Part shown: positions 1 through 13,304 of the stretch, piece by piece | Layout of the letters: every line of letters starts with the position of its first letter | Position numbering within the stretch: position 1 is the first letter of the stretch | NCBI GenBank assembly: GCA_012026655.1 | Contig: JAAILG010001778.1 | Location: 1-61,900, forward strand | Source: Hydrolagus affinis | Lineage: Eukaryota | Reading direction: 5' to 3' | Length of the DNA: 61,900 bases | Notes under the pieces: generated by a model | Database searches by the model: none | What the model was told of the DNA's origin: nothing | Seen by the model: only the letters and a program-made list of their open reading frames with translations | Made by a program: the position numbers and the translations under genes

Positions 1-43
1 CATATCGGGATATATCGATATATCGATATATCGCCGGACCCTA
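1..43. mobile_element. Terminus of a hAT-like non-autonomous DNA transposon
   Basis: Ends ...CGCCGGACCCTA (TIR TAGGGTCCGGCG on the minus strand), with tandem GATATATC/ATCGAT subterminal repeats; same terminus as at 61649. Confidence 0.6.
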
Positions 44-254
44 CGTACAAGTAGATTATATCACAATACAGAAAAATTTGGATGAGCTATATGAAAGCCA
101 GGTTTCTAAATACTGGATGACAAATGAAGACAACTGAACAAGAATTTATCCCAACACTGTAAGATGTTATTAAATGCAAAGAAACATATTAAACTTTTTT
201 TTAAAAAAATAGGTTGGTATAACTTAGAAACATACGCAGTACTTCATTTGTTGC

Positions 255-490
255 TGATTTTGTGGGAAAAATGTCCCACAAACAGTCGTGCAATTTATTC
301 TACTTTTTTTAAGGAAATATTACCCACAGGAAAGCCATCCACCAATCGACTGATCACTGGATTCCTTTTTACTGCTAGGTAACAAAGGCATGTGGAGAAA
401 GGAAACACGCCCAACATTTCGCCCCTCCTGGGAATCAAGCTGAGGTCTCTCACTTGCAATGTGAGTGCTCTAACCATTGAGCTGGAGGAC
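255..490 (-). mobile_element. Degenerate tRNA-derived SINE
   Basis: Reverse-complement head GTCCTCCAGCTCAATGGTTAGAGCACTC and the TGTTTGTGGGACA body shared with other copies. Boundaries approximate. Confidence 0.7.
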
Positions 491-985
491 CAAAGTTAAC
501 AAGTCAGCAGCTTTAATAACTCACAGGGCACCACAGTCTAAACATAGCATCTTTACCTCCCATCATCAACAGCCAAATGAGCTAACTGAGAAAACTGCAA
601 AAAGCAAACGATTTTTTTTTCTTAAAGGTTGTTTTTAAAAGATAGGCATCTGCAATGGCTTTTTTAGACAATCATTCTACCCCTCAAAGTGACTTCATAA
701 GGCCTTCAGTTCAGAGCTTAATGGGCAGGGCAACCAAAGCTTTAATGCCAAGAGATTCTTGGATCTGAGTGCACTGGATCCTGTACTGGAATGTTGGCCT
801 AGATGTACCTATATTGACAATGCAGCCTAGATTTATACATTACCCAGACATGTGTCCACTTGTGAATTATCCTGAGACCAACTTTCATATAGCTGGGCAA
901 TCCAAAACCGAGGCAGTCTCATTGTTACATTCAACCTATTTTAACAGTTCAGAATGGTCCTATATTATAAATTGAATAGTATGCA

Positions 986-1155
986 CAATAATAAATTGGT
1001 CACTTCAATCCACGGCTGTTTGTGGGACACTGCTGTGTGTAATTGGCTGCTGTGTTTCGTCCACAATCGATTCACTTTACAGTATATTCTATGAAGCACG
1101 TCTAGAAGACTTCAAAGGTGCTACATCAAATGCAAGGATTTTTATTTATTATTAC
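986..1155 (+). mobile_element. 5'-truncated Deu-type SINE
   Basis: GTGGGACACTGCTGTGTGTAATTGGCTGC core and AAATGCAAGGATT(ATT)n tail. Confidence 0.75.
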
Positions 1156-2209
1156 TATATTATGTCCACCGAAAACACTATGCTTAGAAATGTCTATACA
1201 ACATATTTTATGTCTACCTTTTGCTTCATCAACAAATTATAAAAACAATTCACTTTAAAGTATTTTATGTGAAGCGCTTTGAGATGTTGCAAAGACACAA
1301 TAAGGTGCTATATCAAAAGATTATTAATATTATCTTGCTGAAATTAGTTGTTTTATGTTCCTTCACTTATTTTTCCTATAAGTTGCTTCAGTTTCAAACA
1401 AACTAACTCTGGTATCGGTTAGACATTAATTAACCAATTATATCTTACAAACTGGATGAAACAAATGATGCCATTTCAAACAATGCAGTAAATAATCGTA
1501 AGACAGATTAATGCCGCCAAAAATGACAGATGTTTAATCAAATATAAAAGTGCCCATCTAAATTAGACGTTTAGATATTTAATTAGCTTTTTAAAATGTC
1601 ATAATTTAATTTACATAACACTTTGAGCTCTTCAGACGGAAGATAATCAACAGCTGGAATGGGTGACCAGGTTTGGCAGTTGACCTTGGGCTCATTGAAG
1701 GAACAGCTGGATGCTGTCTCCAATGTTAGTTCACCTTTAGACTTTATCGTAGGTAACATCTACATCAGGTACAGTGTCTCCTCATTAGCATATTATCTCC
1801 ACTTATCAGCTAGACGGTCAGTCACATCTCAAGGTCTATTAATTTTATTTATTTCATTTTTATTTTGTTCGCTTGCAACACACATACTTTTTGGTATAGA
1901 CTATGAAGAACTTTGAGACATCCTCCCGATGGGAAAAGCGCAATATCAAATTCAAGGATTATTATTATCTCCTGTGTTATCTGATGAAGACAACAACAAT
2001 AAATTACATTTGTGGAGCTCCTTTCATGTCGGGAGAATATCCCAAGATGCTGAAGATTGCTTTAACACTAAGTAATAATGAGGACATTGTATAAAGGATG
2101 CCAGGCACTTATTTATTCATATTGATCTTGATTCAAAGCATGTCATTGCATAGTTTAGGTATTCTGGAAGGATAAAATGAAATGGTCCAAAGGACATTAT
2201 TATAATGAT

Positions 2210-2527
2210 AATAATAATCCTAGCATTTAATACAATGTTTTTCACGACTTCTAGACATCTCAAAGTGCTTCACATAATATACTGTAAAGTGAATTAACCG
2301 TATATTTACGGGAAAAACAAGGCAGCCAATTGCGCACAGCGGTGTCCCACAAACAGTTGTGGATTTAATTTATTCTTGTTTTTTTCTTGAGGGATTATTA
2401 TCAGTAATAATAATCAATAATAATAATGTGAATAAGGAAACTTGTCCAAGGTTTATCCCTGTCATGAATTGAACCCAGATATCTCGATTGCGAGATGAGT
2501 GCTCTAACCACTGAGCTACAGGACTCC
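2210..2527 (-). mobile_element. Full-length tRNA-derived Deu-type SINE with L2-like tail
   Basis: Head GGAGTCCTGTAGCTCAGTGGTTAGAGC (A box) and GGGTTCAATTC (B box), Deu-like core, (ATT)n tail. Confidence 0.85.
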
Positions 2528-2814
2528 ACAGGACACCACATTTTCATCGAAACCCACCTTATAAGCCAAGATCTAGACTTTAATCAAAGTTTAAACATCT
2601 CAAATGCTTCAGAGTTTTCTGTAAACTGTAGTGAGTATATTTGTAGGTGATCGCAGCAGCCAATTTGCACATAGAAATAGCCCACAAACAGCCAGGAGGT
2701 AAAAAGCCAAATGAACTTGAAGATTGTTGGTCAGCACATCTAGAGAAACTCCCTCTTTTCAAAAAAGGTTCACAGTTTCTTTAACATCCACCTGAACAGA
2801 AAGGAACTTCCAAC

Positions 2815-3080
2815 AACAACAAAATTACATTTGTAAAGCGCCTTTCACAACGGGAGGATGTCCCAAGGTGCCGAACAATCGGGGGTCAGGATCAAGCATG
2901 GGGTGGGGGGAGTGTGGGGGGGGGGGGGGGGGAGGGAGCAGAGTTGTGATGAGGGAGGACAGAGAGGTCTATCTGAAGACACGGTTGAAAAGGAGGGTCT
3001 TGAATCGGGTCTTCAAGGAGGCAAGGGAGGGAGTAAGGCTAAGGGATTATGGGATGGAGTTCCAAAGGGTGGGGGCAGTG
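2815..3080 (-). mobile_element. L2-like LINE 3' fragment
   Basis: Reverse-complement GTGAAAGGCGCTTTACAAATGTAATTTTGTTGTTG tail and CTCTGGAACTCC-like 3' region. Confidence 0.65.
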
Positions 3081-3684
3081 CCAACAAATCATTGCTCCTC
3101 CGTCAATATACTGAATGTGGATACTGTCCTTCCATGGTGAATGGGACAGTATCTACATTAAGTGTATTGATTGCACAAGTTTTAGCATTTCTCTAATATC
3201 TCTAAAGAAATTAAATCAAATCAGTCAAAGAACTCAGGGTAGAGGCTTGATGCATTCGTACAGAAGAAGGGAATAGAGGATGTTTCAGCGCATCTTTCCC
3301 TTCCCCACCCACTTCAGCTTTTACTGAGTGCTCAGTCCTGTGTGCTGGCGTGTTCCTGTGCCAAAAATAAGGCTGACTTCTGGGTCATCAGGTTGCCACT
3401 TTCATAACTTCCTACTTTGTGCACATGTAGCAAACAGGAGAAGAGGTTAGTCAGGTAGCAGGCTGTGAGCAGATTGGCTGAGTGCACACACAGTCAATGA
3501 GATTTAGACAGCACCCATGTTATAACCATATTTGGGCTGTAAAGAAGTGTATTATAATGAGTCCACACTGTATAGGCCCAATTCAATTTAATAATGTACT
3601 TGAAATATAAAATCTGATTTGACCTTGGAAGTGTACTTTTCCTGCAAATGACTATAGATTTCATTCCAGAATGATTCATATTCA

Positions 3685-3849
<165 letters not shown>

Positions 3850-4399
3850 TCAGTACATAAACACGAATGATTCAGGACACTCCTTGGATTAACAGGCACA
3901 TACAATAACTGCATTTATATAGCGTCCTTCACACTGAATAGCATCTGGGAGCGCTGAACAATGGATCAGTTTAATGCCGATCCAGAAGAAAGGGAAGGTG
4001 ACTGTAGGCACGGACGAAATGGAAAGACTTCAGGTGCGATCTGAAGAGGAGCAAGGCGGGGAGGGATTCAGCTCATAAACTCATTTATGTTAATCCGCTT
4101 CCATAGTTGAAGAAAGATATTATTAGAAATTTACATTTCACTGGCCAGAAATCCATTTGACAGGTGGAAAATCCACCTGGGTCTAGATTTTCTCTGTTTG
4201 TGTAGCATTTTAGAATGGCTATAATTTGGCAAATTCTTAAATTCAGCCTTAATCTTGAGGTGTGTTCTCTATTTTAATAAAAAATTAATAATTTAAAAGT
4301 TAATATTAATATCCTTGTATATACTTTAAAGCGGAATGGCTATATATTCATGGTCACACCCCCCGAGATTAATTATTAATACCTCTTTTCCCATTTTGT

Positions 4400-4637
4400 T
4401 GCAACCACCCTCCCCTCAGTTTTGCTCCATTAACACCTCTTTAACCAATCATCCTCTATCCCATTTTCTCTTTTGTCTTCCTTGCCCTGCCTTCCTCTGC
4501 ACTGTTAGTCTTTAAAAGCCTCTCCCTCTCAACATGCCCCAGTTCTGACCAAGGGTCATTGGACACAAAACATGTATTCACTTTCCTTTCTCCATAGATG
4601 CCTGACCTGCTAAGTGTTCTCAGCTACCTGTTTTGGT
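4400..4637 (+). mobile_element. Decayed Penelope-like (pLTR) fragment
   Basis: Pyrimidine-rich leader, then AGTTCTGACCAAGGG...AAAACATG and GATGCCTGACCTGCTAAGTG, similar to the 12538 element. Start approximate. Confidence 0.55.
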
Positions 4638-4922
4638 GACTATATATTTTATGGGCAAAACACATCAGACAATTGTGCATAGCATCGACCCCAAAATAGC
4701 CATGGATTGAGTGACCCCATTTTTTTTTTAAAAAAAGGAGACTAAATTCAATAATTTGGCAAGTTCTGGCGATACATAGATAAATCTAGACCTAAGTGGA
4801 ATTTCCCCAAATGAGTTTCTTCACACAACTGGAGAATACCAGCTTTTATAATAGTATATTTGGCAACATCAAAATTGCATTTGTATCTACTGAAACGTCA
4901 ATTTAGATTTACCAAAGTTTTA

Positions 4923-5174
<252 letters not shown>

Positions 5175-5908
5175 TCAACGTTGAAGTGTTCTCCCGACAG
5201 AAACTATTGATAGTGATGTGAAAAAAAACACCAACACCTTTCCCAACAGGGACACGGGTACCACTGAGTTCCTTGCATTATTTCATACATCGCAGTTTGA
5301 AGTTATTCATGTAGCACCCAAAACTGTCTCCAAACAGATATTAATCCAGTTGACTTTTCATGAACTAATCCACTCATTTTGTTGAGTGATTGTTTCACAT
5401 CTCCATTGCTCAATAGGAAGAAATATCGTCTAATCTCTCATTTTGCTTCAGGCTGGTTAATTTTAAACCACTATTCTCCTGTTCTGCTCTAATGATCGAG
5501 TAGCCTTACTTACATCTATCTACATCATCTATGCCTCAGAGCAATTTAAGATGCAGGGCTTCAATCCTGTGAGAATCTGATGATTCAGATTGGATGAACG
5601 GTTAAAAAAAAACTGACAATGTACTTTTATAGATGGTACCATCAACACACTAAACGTAAATATTAAATATTATACACATCGCCGATAATATGCTACATCA
5701 AACTAATCTTAAGCTTCGACTAAATATTAAACCATTGTTGAAAACTCAATGAGTATTTTATTTTTAAACTGTTGACAAGCATATTGATGTATTGCATCCA
5801 TTGTACTGCAGAATCTCAAGCTAGAACACCAGAATCTCAAGCTGAACTGAAGCTTTAGACAATTTCCCCTGAGTGATGTACCCCTCTGAGCAGCAATGTT
5901 ACTGTGAC

Positions 5909-6019
5909 AAAACACAAATACTGCAGATGCTGGAAACCTGAACCCAATGAATGAAACGTTGACTCACTTTACTTTTCTGATCTGCTGAGGCTTCTCAGCG
6001 ACTTTTGCTTTTGTTTCAG
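5909..6019. mobile_element. Short inverted Penelope-like insert with target-site duplication
   Basis: Inverted fragments of the same family as 12538; flanked by TGTTACTGTGAC (5897-5908) and TGTTACCGTGAC (6020-6031). Confidence 0.7.
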
Positions 6020-6113
6020 TGTTACCGTGACGCTATGTTGCCGGCATCACATTCCTACAGGTACAATGCTAGCATGGATTCACAGAAAAATTCTGGTCAC
6101 AGTCAACACTCAC

Positions 6114-6199
6114 CCGTACGCTCCATTACTGATCAGCTTCATGGTTTCAAAATCACTTTCGCGGGGCTTACGCCGACTTTGCACTGAGGGACCGAAGCT
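6114..6199 (-). CDS. MAST4: MAST4 exon (SFGPSVQSRRKPRESDFETMKLISNGAYG), start of kinase domain and Gly-loop
   Basis: 86 nt; cag/gtgagt; phases 0/2; MAST-type ISNGAYG loop. Confidence 0.96.
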
Positions 6200-6639
6200 C
6201 TGTGTAGAACAAGTAGAAAACAATATTAAAACTGAGGCAGGATGGAACAAGTGTAGCTAGTTGGCTGAGTCATGGCACGGAGTGGAATGTCCCCACAAAT
6301 GTTAATTATCACATCACACTTGAAAGTTTTTTTACCCAATCGTTAGTCTTCCCAACTCTGCTTGGATAACCACAAGCTGTGATACTTACTCTGTTGGTGG
6401 GGCGGGGGTTGGAATTCTCTGAGGAGAGTATGGCTGTTGTACAGAAATATCTAAATTAATAACATTGGTAGAATGCTGGGCAGACTACCTCAAGTGTATT
6501 GGCTGGCCATGGTATATACATCATGTACATATATCCACATATCCATATATAAGGTACATATATCACGTCATCGAGAATTCTCAAAGTACTGTACTTCACA
6601 GGAAATACCATAAAGTAGATTGACTGATGATTTATTTTT

Positions 6640-6950
6640 GTGGGTGAAATTGCGCATAACAATGTCCGACAAACAGCTATGAAATGAGTGGCTAATTTTA
6701 TTTGGGGGATTCTTGACTAGGAATCAGGGGGATTCTCCCTTCTCTTGTCAAATAGTGCCATGAGATCTTCAACATCCATCTGAACAGGTAGACAGGACCT
6801 TGGTTTCATGGTTCATCTGAACGACAGCACCTCTGACAACGCAACACACCACCAGCATTGCATTGTTAGACAATGTGATTTCAAGTTCCGACATGGGGTT
6901 TGAACCCACAACCTTCAGAAGCCAGTGCAACTAACTACTGAGCCCAGCTC
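6640..6950 (-). mobile_element. Longer SacSINE1-like tRNA SINE
   Basis: Reverse-complement head with GGGTTCAAACCCC B box and the GACAGCACCTC / AATAGTGCCATGAGATC body shared with the 32829 copy. Confidence 0.65.
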
Positions 6951-7925
6951 TCACATACAGACACACACTCGCGCACATATACACACATGCCACGGACAAG
7001 AAATAAAGGAATAAAAATAAAACTATGGTAAATGGTGAAATTAACCATTCTTCCTATACCTACATATTCACAATTTACCAAGCAAATTCAATGTTACACT
7101 TTATTTTTCTGTTTTATTTTTGTGTAAACTCTTGAGGATCGATTAACTGTAGTACTAGTTAATATCCTGTGATACTGATATTAGTAACGTTGTATTACTA
7201 ATTTCTGCAAAGGTTACATTTTTGATATGTATGTACAAATGTGGTTTATAATGTGGCCAATAAATCAATACATTTCCTGAAAACAACTACCGGCTTCTCA
7301 ATGCACACAGATAAATCAATGGTCTTGTCATGCTTGTATGTAGCTGTGAAGACTTGTGGGGAAATCAATTCTGTCAGCAAAGGACAGCTGAAATTAAATC
7401 ACTTCAAACTGAAGGATTGTGCAAACAGTTTACTTACACTTGTAGAAGTTGCATTTCATTGCAGAGATATCGATTTTTGGTTTTGGTCAGCTAGGTGTTG
7501 GGACACATATTGAAGTGAGAGTATACAAACCAGACTGAGAATTACACATATACAAAACTCCACAGGGAACTTTCTCTGTACTTGGGATGGACTGTACACT
7601 CTTTTTTGGAGGGACACATTTGCTCACCTAATTCAGAAGAGTATTAGATGCCAATTGGTGAAAGTCAAGGCTTGGAGCCGCCAGGGTGTTCATTAAGGGG
7701 AGAATTGTTGGGAGTTTAACCAGCTACACCAGCATATCTTAACTTTGAGTGGATTATTATATGTGCAGAAAGTTAAAGTTACAATACTTCACAATTACAT
7801 TCATTGCAACATGAATTGAACAAACTGAATCAGTTAAAACATTCCAGCAAGGATCTCCTTTTATATAGATGTTCAGGTTTTTGATCTGAGATTGGATAAG
7901 TATAATTCTGCTGCTCTTCTCTGAG

Positions 7926-7948
7926 GTGTGTGTGTGTGTGTGTGTGTG
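7926..7948. repeat. (GT)n microsatellite
   Basis: Read directly from the sequence. Confidence 0.9.
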
Positions 7949-8208
7949 CTGAGACGCCGTCCGGCATGGAGGGCGCTATATAAATCGATGTTGTTGTTGT
8001 TGTTGTGTGTGTTATAAATTTCAGAGCAGAGTTCAGCAGGTTTCTGTAATGGATCAATAGAAAAACCTGAATCACTTCAATGACAGATTATGGTTGGAAG
8101 ATATTCTTTGTAAAACAAGATACATATGTGCAATCTATCTCAAGCAGCAGAAGTGTGTATCTTTATATTGATTCTGCATTAACATTTGTGCGTTAAGAGC
8201 ATACTTAC

Positions 8209-8276
8209 ACTCACTGAGTCATCTGTTTCAGGAGTTCCTGCTGTCCCACTGTCATAGCTAGCCAGCTGGGCCATTT
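8209..8276 (-). CDS. MAST4: MAST4 exon (EMAQLASYDSGTAGTPETDDSVS)
   Basis: 68 nt; aag acceptor, gtaagt donor; phases 1/0. Confidence 0.92.
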
Positions 8277-9707
8277 CTTTCAATGAAATAAATGATTGAT
8301 TTAGGTACAAAAAAGTATGTACATGAGAATATAATTTAACACTAAAGAACCATTTATAGCAATGTTCAGTTTCTTCCGCAATAGTTTGATGCTTCACCTC
8401 TATACTGCAATGCCACTCAATCTAATAGAGGTTGGGCATATTGTTGAATTCACTGAATTACAATTCTTTACTTAAGCATATGCAGAGTTAATTCCACTCA
8501 TCTCCCCAATTCCCATTGTGTGCTTGATGTAATATTTCTCAATGCTGTTTCAGTCCATTTTATCCTAACCATTACACAGATTACCTAGGATTTAAATTGG
8601 CCACAATTTACAGCAGTTGTTTGGTAACCAAAACGAGCGAGCAATTGCTAAATTAAATACAGGGTAAATGGAGCATTCAGCAATGCCTGATGAGACTTCT
8701 AAAACCGTATATCTAAAGTGGGGCAACATCTGTCCTTTGTACACAAGCAAACAATTTCTGAAAGGTCCCTCTAAGTAGAGATAAGACTGCTGATACAAGA
8801 GCAATGGACAAAACAATTCCTCCTGAGGGCAACCCATCTGTGATGCAGTCAGGAATATCTAATAGATTGCAAGTGTCTTTTGTGATTGTTCTTTGAATTC
8901 AATAAATTGAATTTATTTGATATCATCTCCTTGTAACGCCACCTCAGATCGCAGTGTGAACACATACACAATATGTAGTTGCAAACTGGAGTAGTAACTG
9001 AAGCAATTGCAGCGCTCTATGAAATGTGCTCCTCTCAGATCCCAGAGTTTGACGAAGGGCGACAGAGAAACAGAAACAATTTGTTTAATTACATGAGTCC
9101 AATTAGATGCTCAAATGCATTTTTAATGACTGTTTTTAATGTACAAATACTGCTGTGTTTGGGGTTTAACAGAGCACTGAGGCAGCTAAAAATGAATGTC
9201 ACAGTTAGCTGAGCGGTGCCAAGTGAGCAGGGATGGGAGGACGTCAAGTGGAAGAGTTGTAGGCATCGGAGCTAACGCAGCCAAGGTTTAAATAATATGC
9301 AGTCTCCTAATGCATAATCCATGGCAGACCAGTTGATGCCTGGTGTGCCTCAGATATTAATTATATGCTAATTCTGGCATATCTAAGTAGGTAGGTTCAT
9401 TAATACAGAGCCCCAGGCTATCTTTAACAGAATCCTATGTCTGCACTTTCTACAGCGTAATAACGGCAAATGAATGAACTTATAAAATTATGCATCCTCA
9501 AAATTACTTTAAACAGTTGGTGCCGACATTGGTCGATGTACAATTAAGATTCATTGTTTCAGTTAATCTTTGCAGTTATTTTCATCTTTTGGGAGACATG
9601 AGTTCCTGCAACTACAATATTAGAAAAATACCACCAGAACCTCCTTCTGTTAATAATTATCTCACAGACCAATAAGTACAGGCAGCTTTGTTAGCAATGG
9701 TACTCAC

Positions 9708-9840
9708 CCTCCAAGGGATCCCTAGTGAGGCCCAATTGACTGATGATGTAGCGGGGAATGTCTGTTTTAATGCCTTGTCCTTCCTTAGCATGGCCTTCTG
9801 CCGCTTCCAACAAGTGATAGAATTCTTCAGGGTCAAATTC
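9708..9840 (-). CDS. MAST4: MAST4 exon ([44 protein letters not shown])
   Basis: 133 nt; tag/gtgagt; phases 0/1. Confidence 0.97.
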
Positions 9841-10669
9841 CTAAAATATTAATACACCTTTAGCCAAAATTTCACATAAATACAGTGGGCACAAAATCCT
9901 AAACCTTTCATTGTGGCCTGGGGGGTGGGGGCTGTTCTGCTTGTTCAGCAAATATACGTTGATCAAGACAAGGTAATGATAAGTTGGAGCAATAACAAGA
10001 ATTTGCATTAATATGGTCCATTCCACATAAAAGGTGCTTTTGGTTTCTTCAATTTTAATTTTGCTCAGTGTGTGAGATGTTATTGCTGGAAATTGACTGT
10101 TGGGCTTTCCAACCAATATTCTATATAATTTGATTATTTCCATCATCCTATTCTTTGATTGTTCTTAAACTTAGGTTGTGATTCAGATGAAAGTAAACAC
10201 ACATCCCTGTCTGTGCCTATTTCGATGAAGTCTTTTTCCACTTATCCCTGCTTACAACAAAACAAATTACATTTATAGAGCGCCTTTCACATTGGAAGGA
10301 TGTCCCAAGGCGCCTACATTCTCTCCCTGGTCCAAATTGACTCCCAAATTCAATTATCTGTTCATCGCGTTGTTCTTTATGGGGATATTACTGGAACAAA
10401 TGAGCACAATCACAGATGATTGTGTTTGCAACACAACCACATTCACGCTCTTACATATTTAAATTTTTGTTGTACTCAAAATATTTATTTTGTTAATAAT
10501 AATAATGTTTGCATTTGATTTAGTGCCCATTTGAGGACAGTCCCTATACAGTTATTAGCATACATAGCAAACAACAAATTGCACTTCTATAGCGTCTTTC
10601 AAGTCGGGAGGACGTCTCAAAGTTTGGTGTCAGGTTTGGCGATGACTGACTGAAGTTGAAGTAACTTAC

Positions 10670-10771
10670 CAGACATTCGAGCAGTCGAGCTGGGCGAGCA
10701 ATGATGATTAATAATTTCTTGACCAATTGATCAATAACTGCAACTTCACTACTTTCAGAACGTTCGTGAGC
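10670..10771 (-). CDS. MAST4: MAST4 exon ([34 protein letters not shown])
   Basis: 102 nt; tag/gtaagt; phases 0/0. Confidence 0.97.
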
Positions 10772-11270
10772 CTAAATATACAAACAAATGGCATTTCATA
10801 TCACCTGAGTAAATTATGTTGATGATCTGACAATAAAGTCAAAATATTTAATGCATGTCATTTAAAAAAAAATTCAGAATCTGCACCAAACAAATACATG
10901 AACAAGTCATAGTATTTCATACTCTTCCTGGTGCACATTTAAACATTTAATACTCAAAAGCAATTTTACCTAGATTGAGACTGAATCTGGCTCGAATTAC
11001 AACTGCTTGCGTTGTCAATCATTCTACTTCACAGATCATTAAATTGACTTTAGGCTCATAAACCTGATTAGCATTACATTTGAGCACCATTGAATATCTG
11101 GGATATGGAGCAGATGGCATTGTGTTATAAGTCATCGAAGACACCACCTTGGCTCTCCAAAGGCAAATGTGGATTGCAAGCCAATTAATGCACATGGGGA
11201 ATTCCCTATTCTACCATAAAACCATACAGGGATGGTTATTAACAGAAGTAACGAGTAGCTGTTTTAAGAA

Positions 11271-11272
<2 letters not shown>

Positions 11273-11305
<33 letters not shown>

Positions 11306-11324
11306 TTGGGGGGGGTGGGGGGGG
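11273..11324. repeat. (GT)n microsatellite followed by G-tracts
   Basis: Read directly from the sequence. Confidence 0.9.
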
Positions 11325-11582
11325 TTGCCTGCTGTTGCAGACACTTAAGACACTTTTACTGCTAAGTAGGAGTAATAGTGCAACATCAGAATTTTTAAGT
11401 GAGATAGCTATCACTCAGCAGTAATTCATGGTCAATGAACATTGCTGCATCTTTTTTAGGTCGGAATATGGGTTGAAAGTGAATCTAAGTCTATGAAATG
11501 GAGACAGTGAAATAAATGCAAAAAAAGCCAAGAATGAATATTAGCATCTAATTTTATATTTATATAATAATATATAATATAT

Positions 11583-11871
11583 AATAATAAATCTTGCATC
11601 CGATATAGAGCTTTTCAAGTCTTGTAGACGTCTCAAAGTTTTTCACGAAATATACTGTAAAGTGAATTGAATGTATATTTCTGGGCAGAACGCGGCAGTC
11701 AATTGCTCACAGCAGTGTCCTACAAACAGTCGTAGATTGAAATGACTAATTTATTATAGTTTTTTTTAGGGATTATTATTGGGTGTGTGGAGTAAAGAAA
11801 CTTGCCCAAAGTTTCGCCCTGACCTGCCTGGATTTGAATACAGGTCTCACGCTTGTAATGCGAGTGCTCTA
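11583..11871 (-). mobile_element. tRNA-derived Deu-type SINE (head slightly truncated)
   Basis: Aligns by eye to the 2210 and 58796 copies. Confidence 0.85.
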
Positions 11872-12537
11872 TTTGCACTTTTTTGTAAACCCTCCCAGAA
11901 AAGACAATGTTCCATTAAAAGCCAGACTAGGATTTTAAAACTTACTTTGTAATACTAAGAAAACATCCACAAAAAACAAGATTATTGTGTAATAATGTTC
12001 CTTCCAGATCTCAATGTTGTACTTTTTGTGACTATCTGCTCATTAACATTCTGGTTATATATCTGAGAAACGCTTTTCCAAAAGTTACAGGAGTTATTTA
12101 AAAGGTTTAATAACCCCAAATGGCAAAGCTGCTTGGCATAGGAAACATAAGAAAATAGGAACAGGAGGACGCCATTCAGCAGATCGAAACTCAACAGTTT
12201 ATTAGAACTTGATAGGGTTTTGAATCCTGATGTTCTTCCCTTTCATCATAACCCTCATCAAACAGAATATTAGATTGCCTCATCATGTGGCAGACTACTA
12301 AAACTCCCTTTATAATTTTCTTTAAATGTTTGCAAAGTGGACGAACAGATGTCTAAATATTTACAGTAATAGTATAATCCTTGCCTTTACTATAACCCCT
12401 TTCAATATAAGAGTTGCTGCAAGGTGTACCCATGTTAACATATCCAGGGCTTGGAATCCATTTAAGTTGGTTTTCATAGAGATAAGCACTTGCTGCTCAA
12501 CATCTCCAACTTGTGAAACAATCACTCAATAGGTAGA

Positions 12538-12782
12538 AACAAAAACAGAAGTTGCTGGGGAAACTCAGCAGGTCAGGCAGCATCCATGGAGAAAGGAAAA
12601 GGAGTCAACGTTTCGGGTCTACAACCCTTCGTCAGTTCTTCGCCGGTTCTGACGAAGGGTTGTAGACCCGAAACATTGACTTTTTTTCCTTTCTCCATGG
12701 ATGCTGCCTGACCTGCTGAGTTTCCCCAGCAACTTCTGTTTTTGTTTCAGATTCCCAGCATCTGTAGTATTTTGTGTTTTGT
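12538..12782. mobile_element. Palindromic Penelope-like non-autonomous insert with hammerhead core motifs on both strands
   Basis: ~100-bp inverted arms (12536-12635 / 12649-12748); CTGACGA-A-GGGT...ACCC-GAAAC in each arm; flanking duplication ACTCAATAGG(T/C)AGA at 12524 and 12783. Confidence 0.8.
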
Positions 12783-13304
12783 ACTCAATAGGCAGAGATG
12801 TGTGGAGAAGGTGTGGAGGAGGATGGTGGCAATTCTCTCACACATTTCATGCAGAGCTGCGCTGCATATCAGATAGCTCACAGGGAGTTCCTGGTTCCTG
12901 ACGTCTGTTTAGTGATGGCTCAATCTGCACCTGCCACATGTCAAATGACCAACCATTGAATATCCTCCTGGGGAAAGAGATAAGGGGGAAGCTCCTTGGA
13001 GCTGAGCTGTGACATGCTTGGCAATGGAATGTCAAAATCAACTCAATTCTCTGTGGCTGTCTCAGAAGTTTAGTTCCTGAGCTAGGCATGTCCGCCAGTA
13101 CTCGAGGGCACTGCTAATGCAAGACAAGCCAGTCTTAACCTCAGTTAAAAAATGTAATTGGTCCTGGAAACCAGTTACATCGAGAAATGTACATGTGGAA
13201 TATGCTACAGAGGTATGGAGGAAAAGGTGGATAAATTGAACTGAAATGCTGTTTAAAAGAGCCAGCACAGACACAAAGAGCTGAATGGCATTCGTCTGTG
13301 CTGT

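Noticed and set aside
2899-2937. G-quadruplex-like G-run cluster (also 11308-11324)
   Set aside because: Homopolymer expansion within an L2 fragment or beside a microsatellite; no evidence of function, and run length is error-prone.
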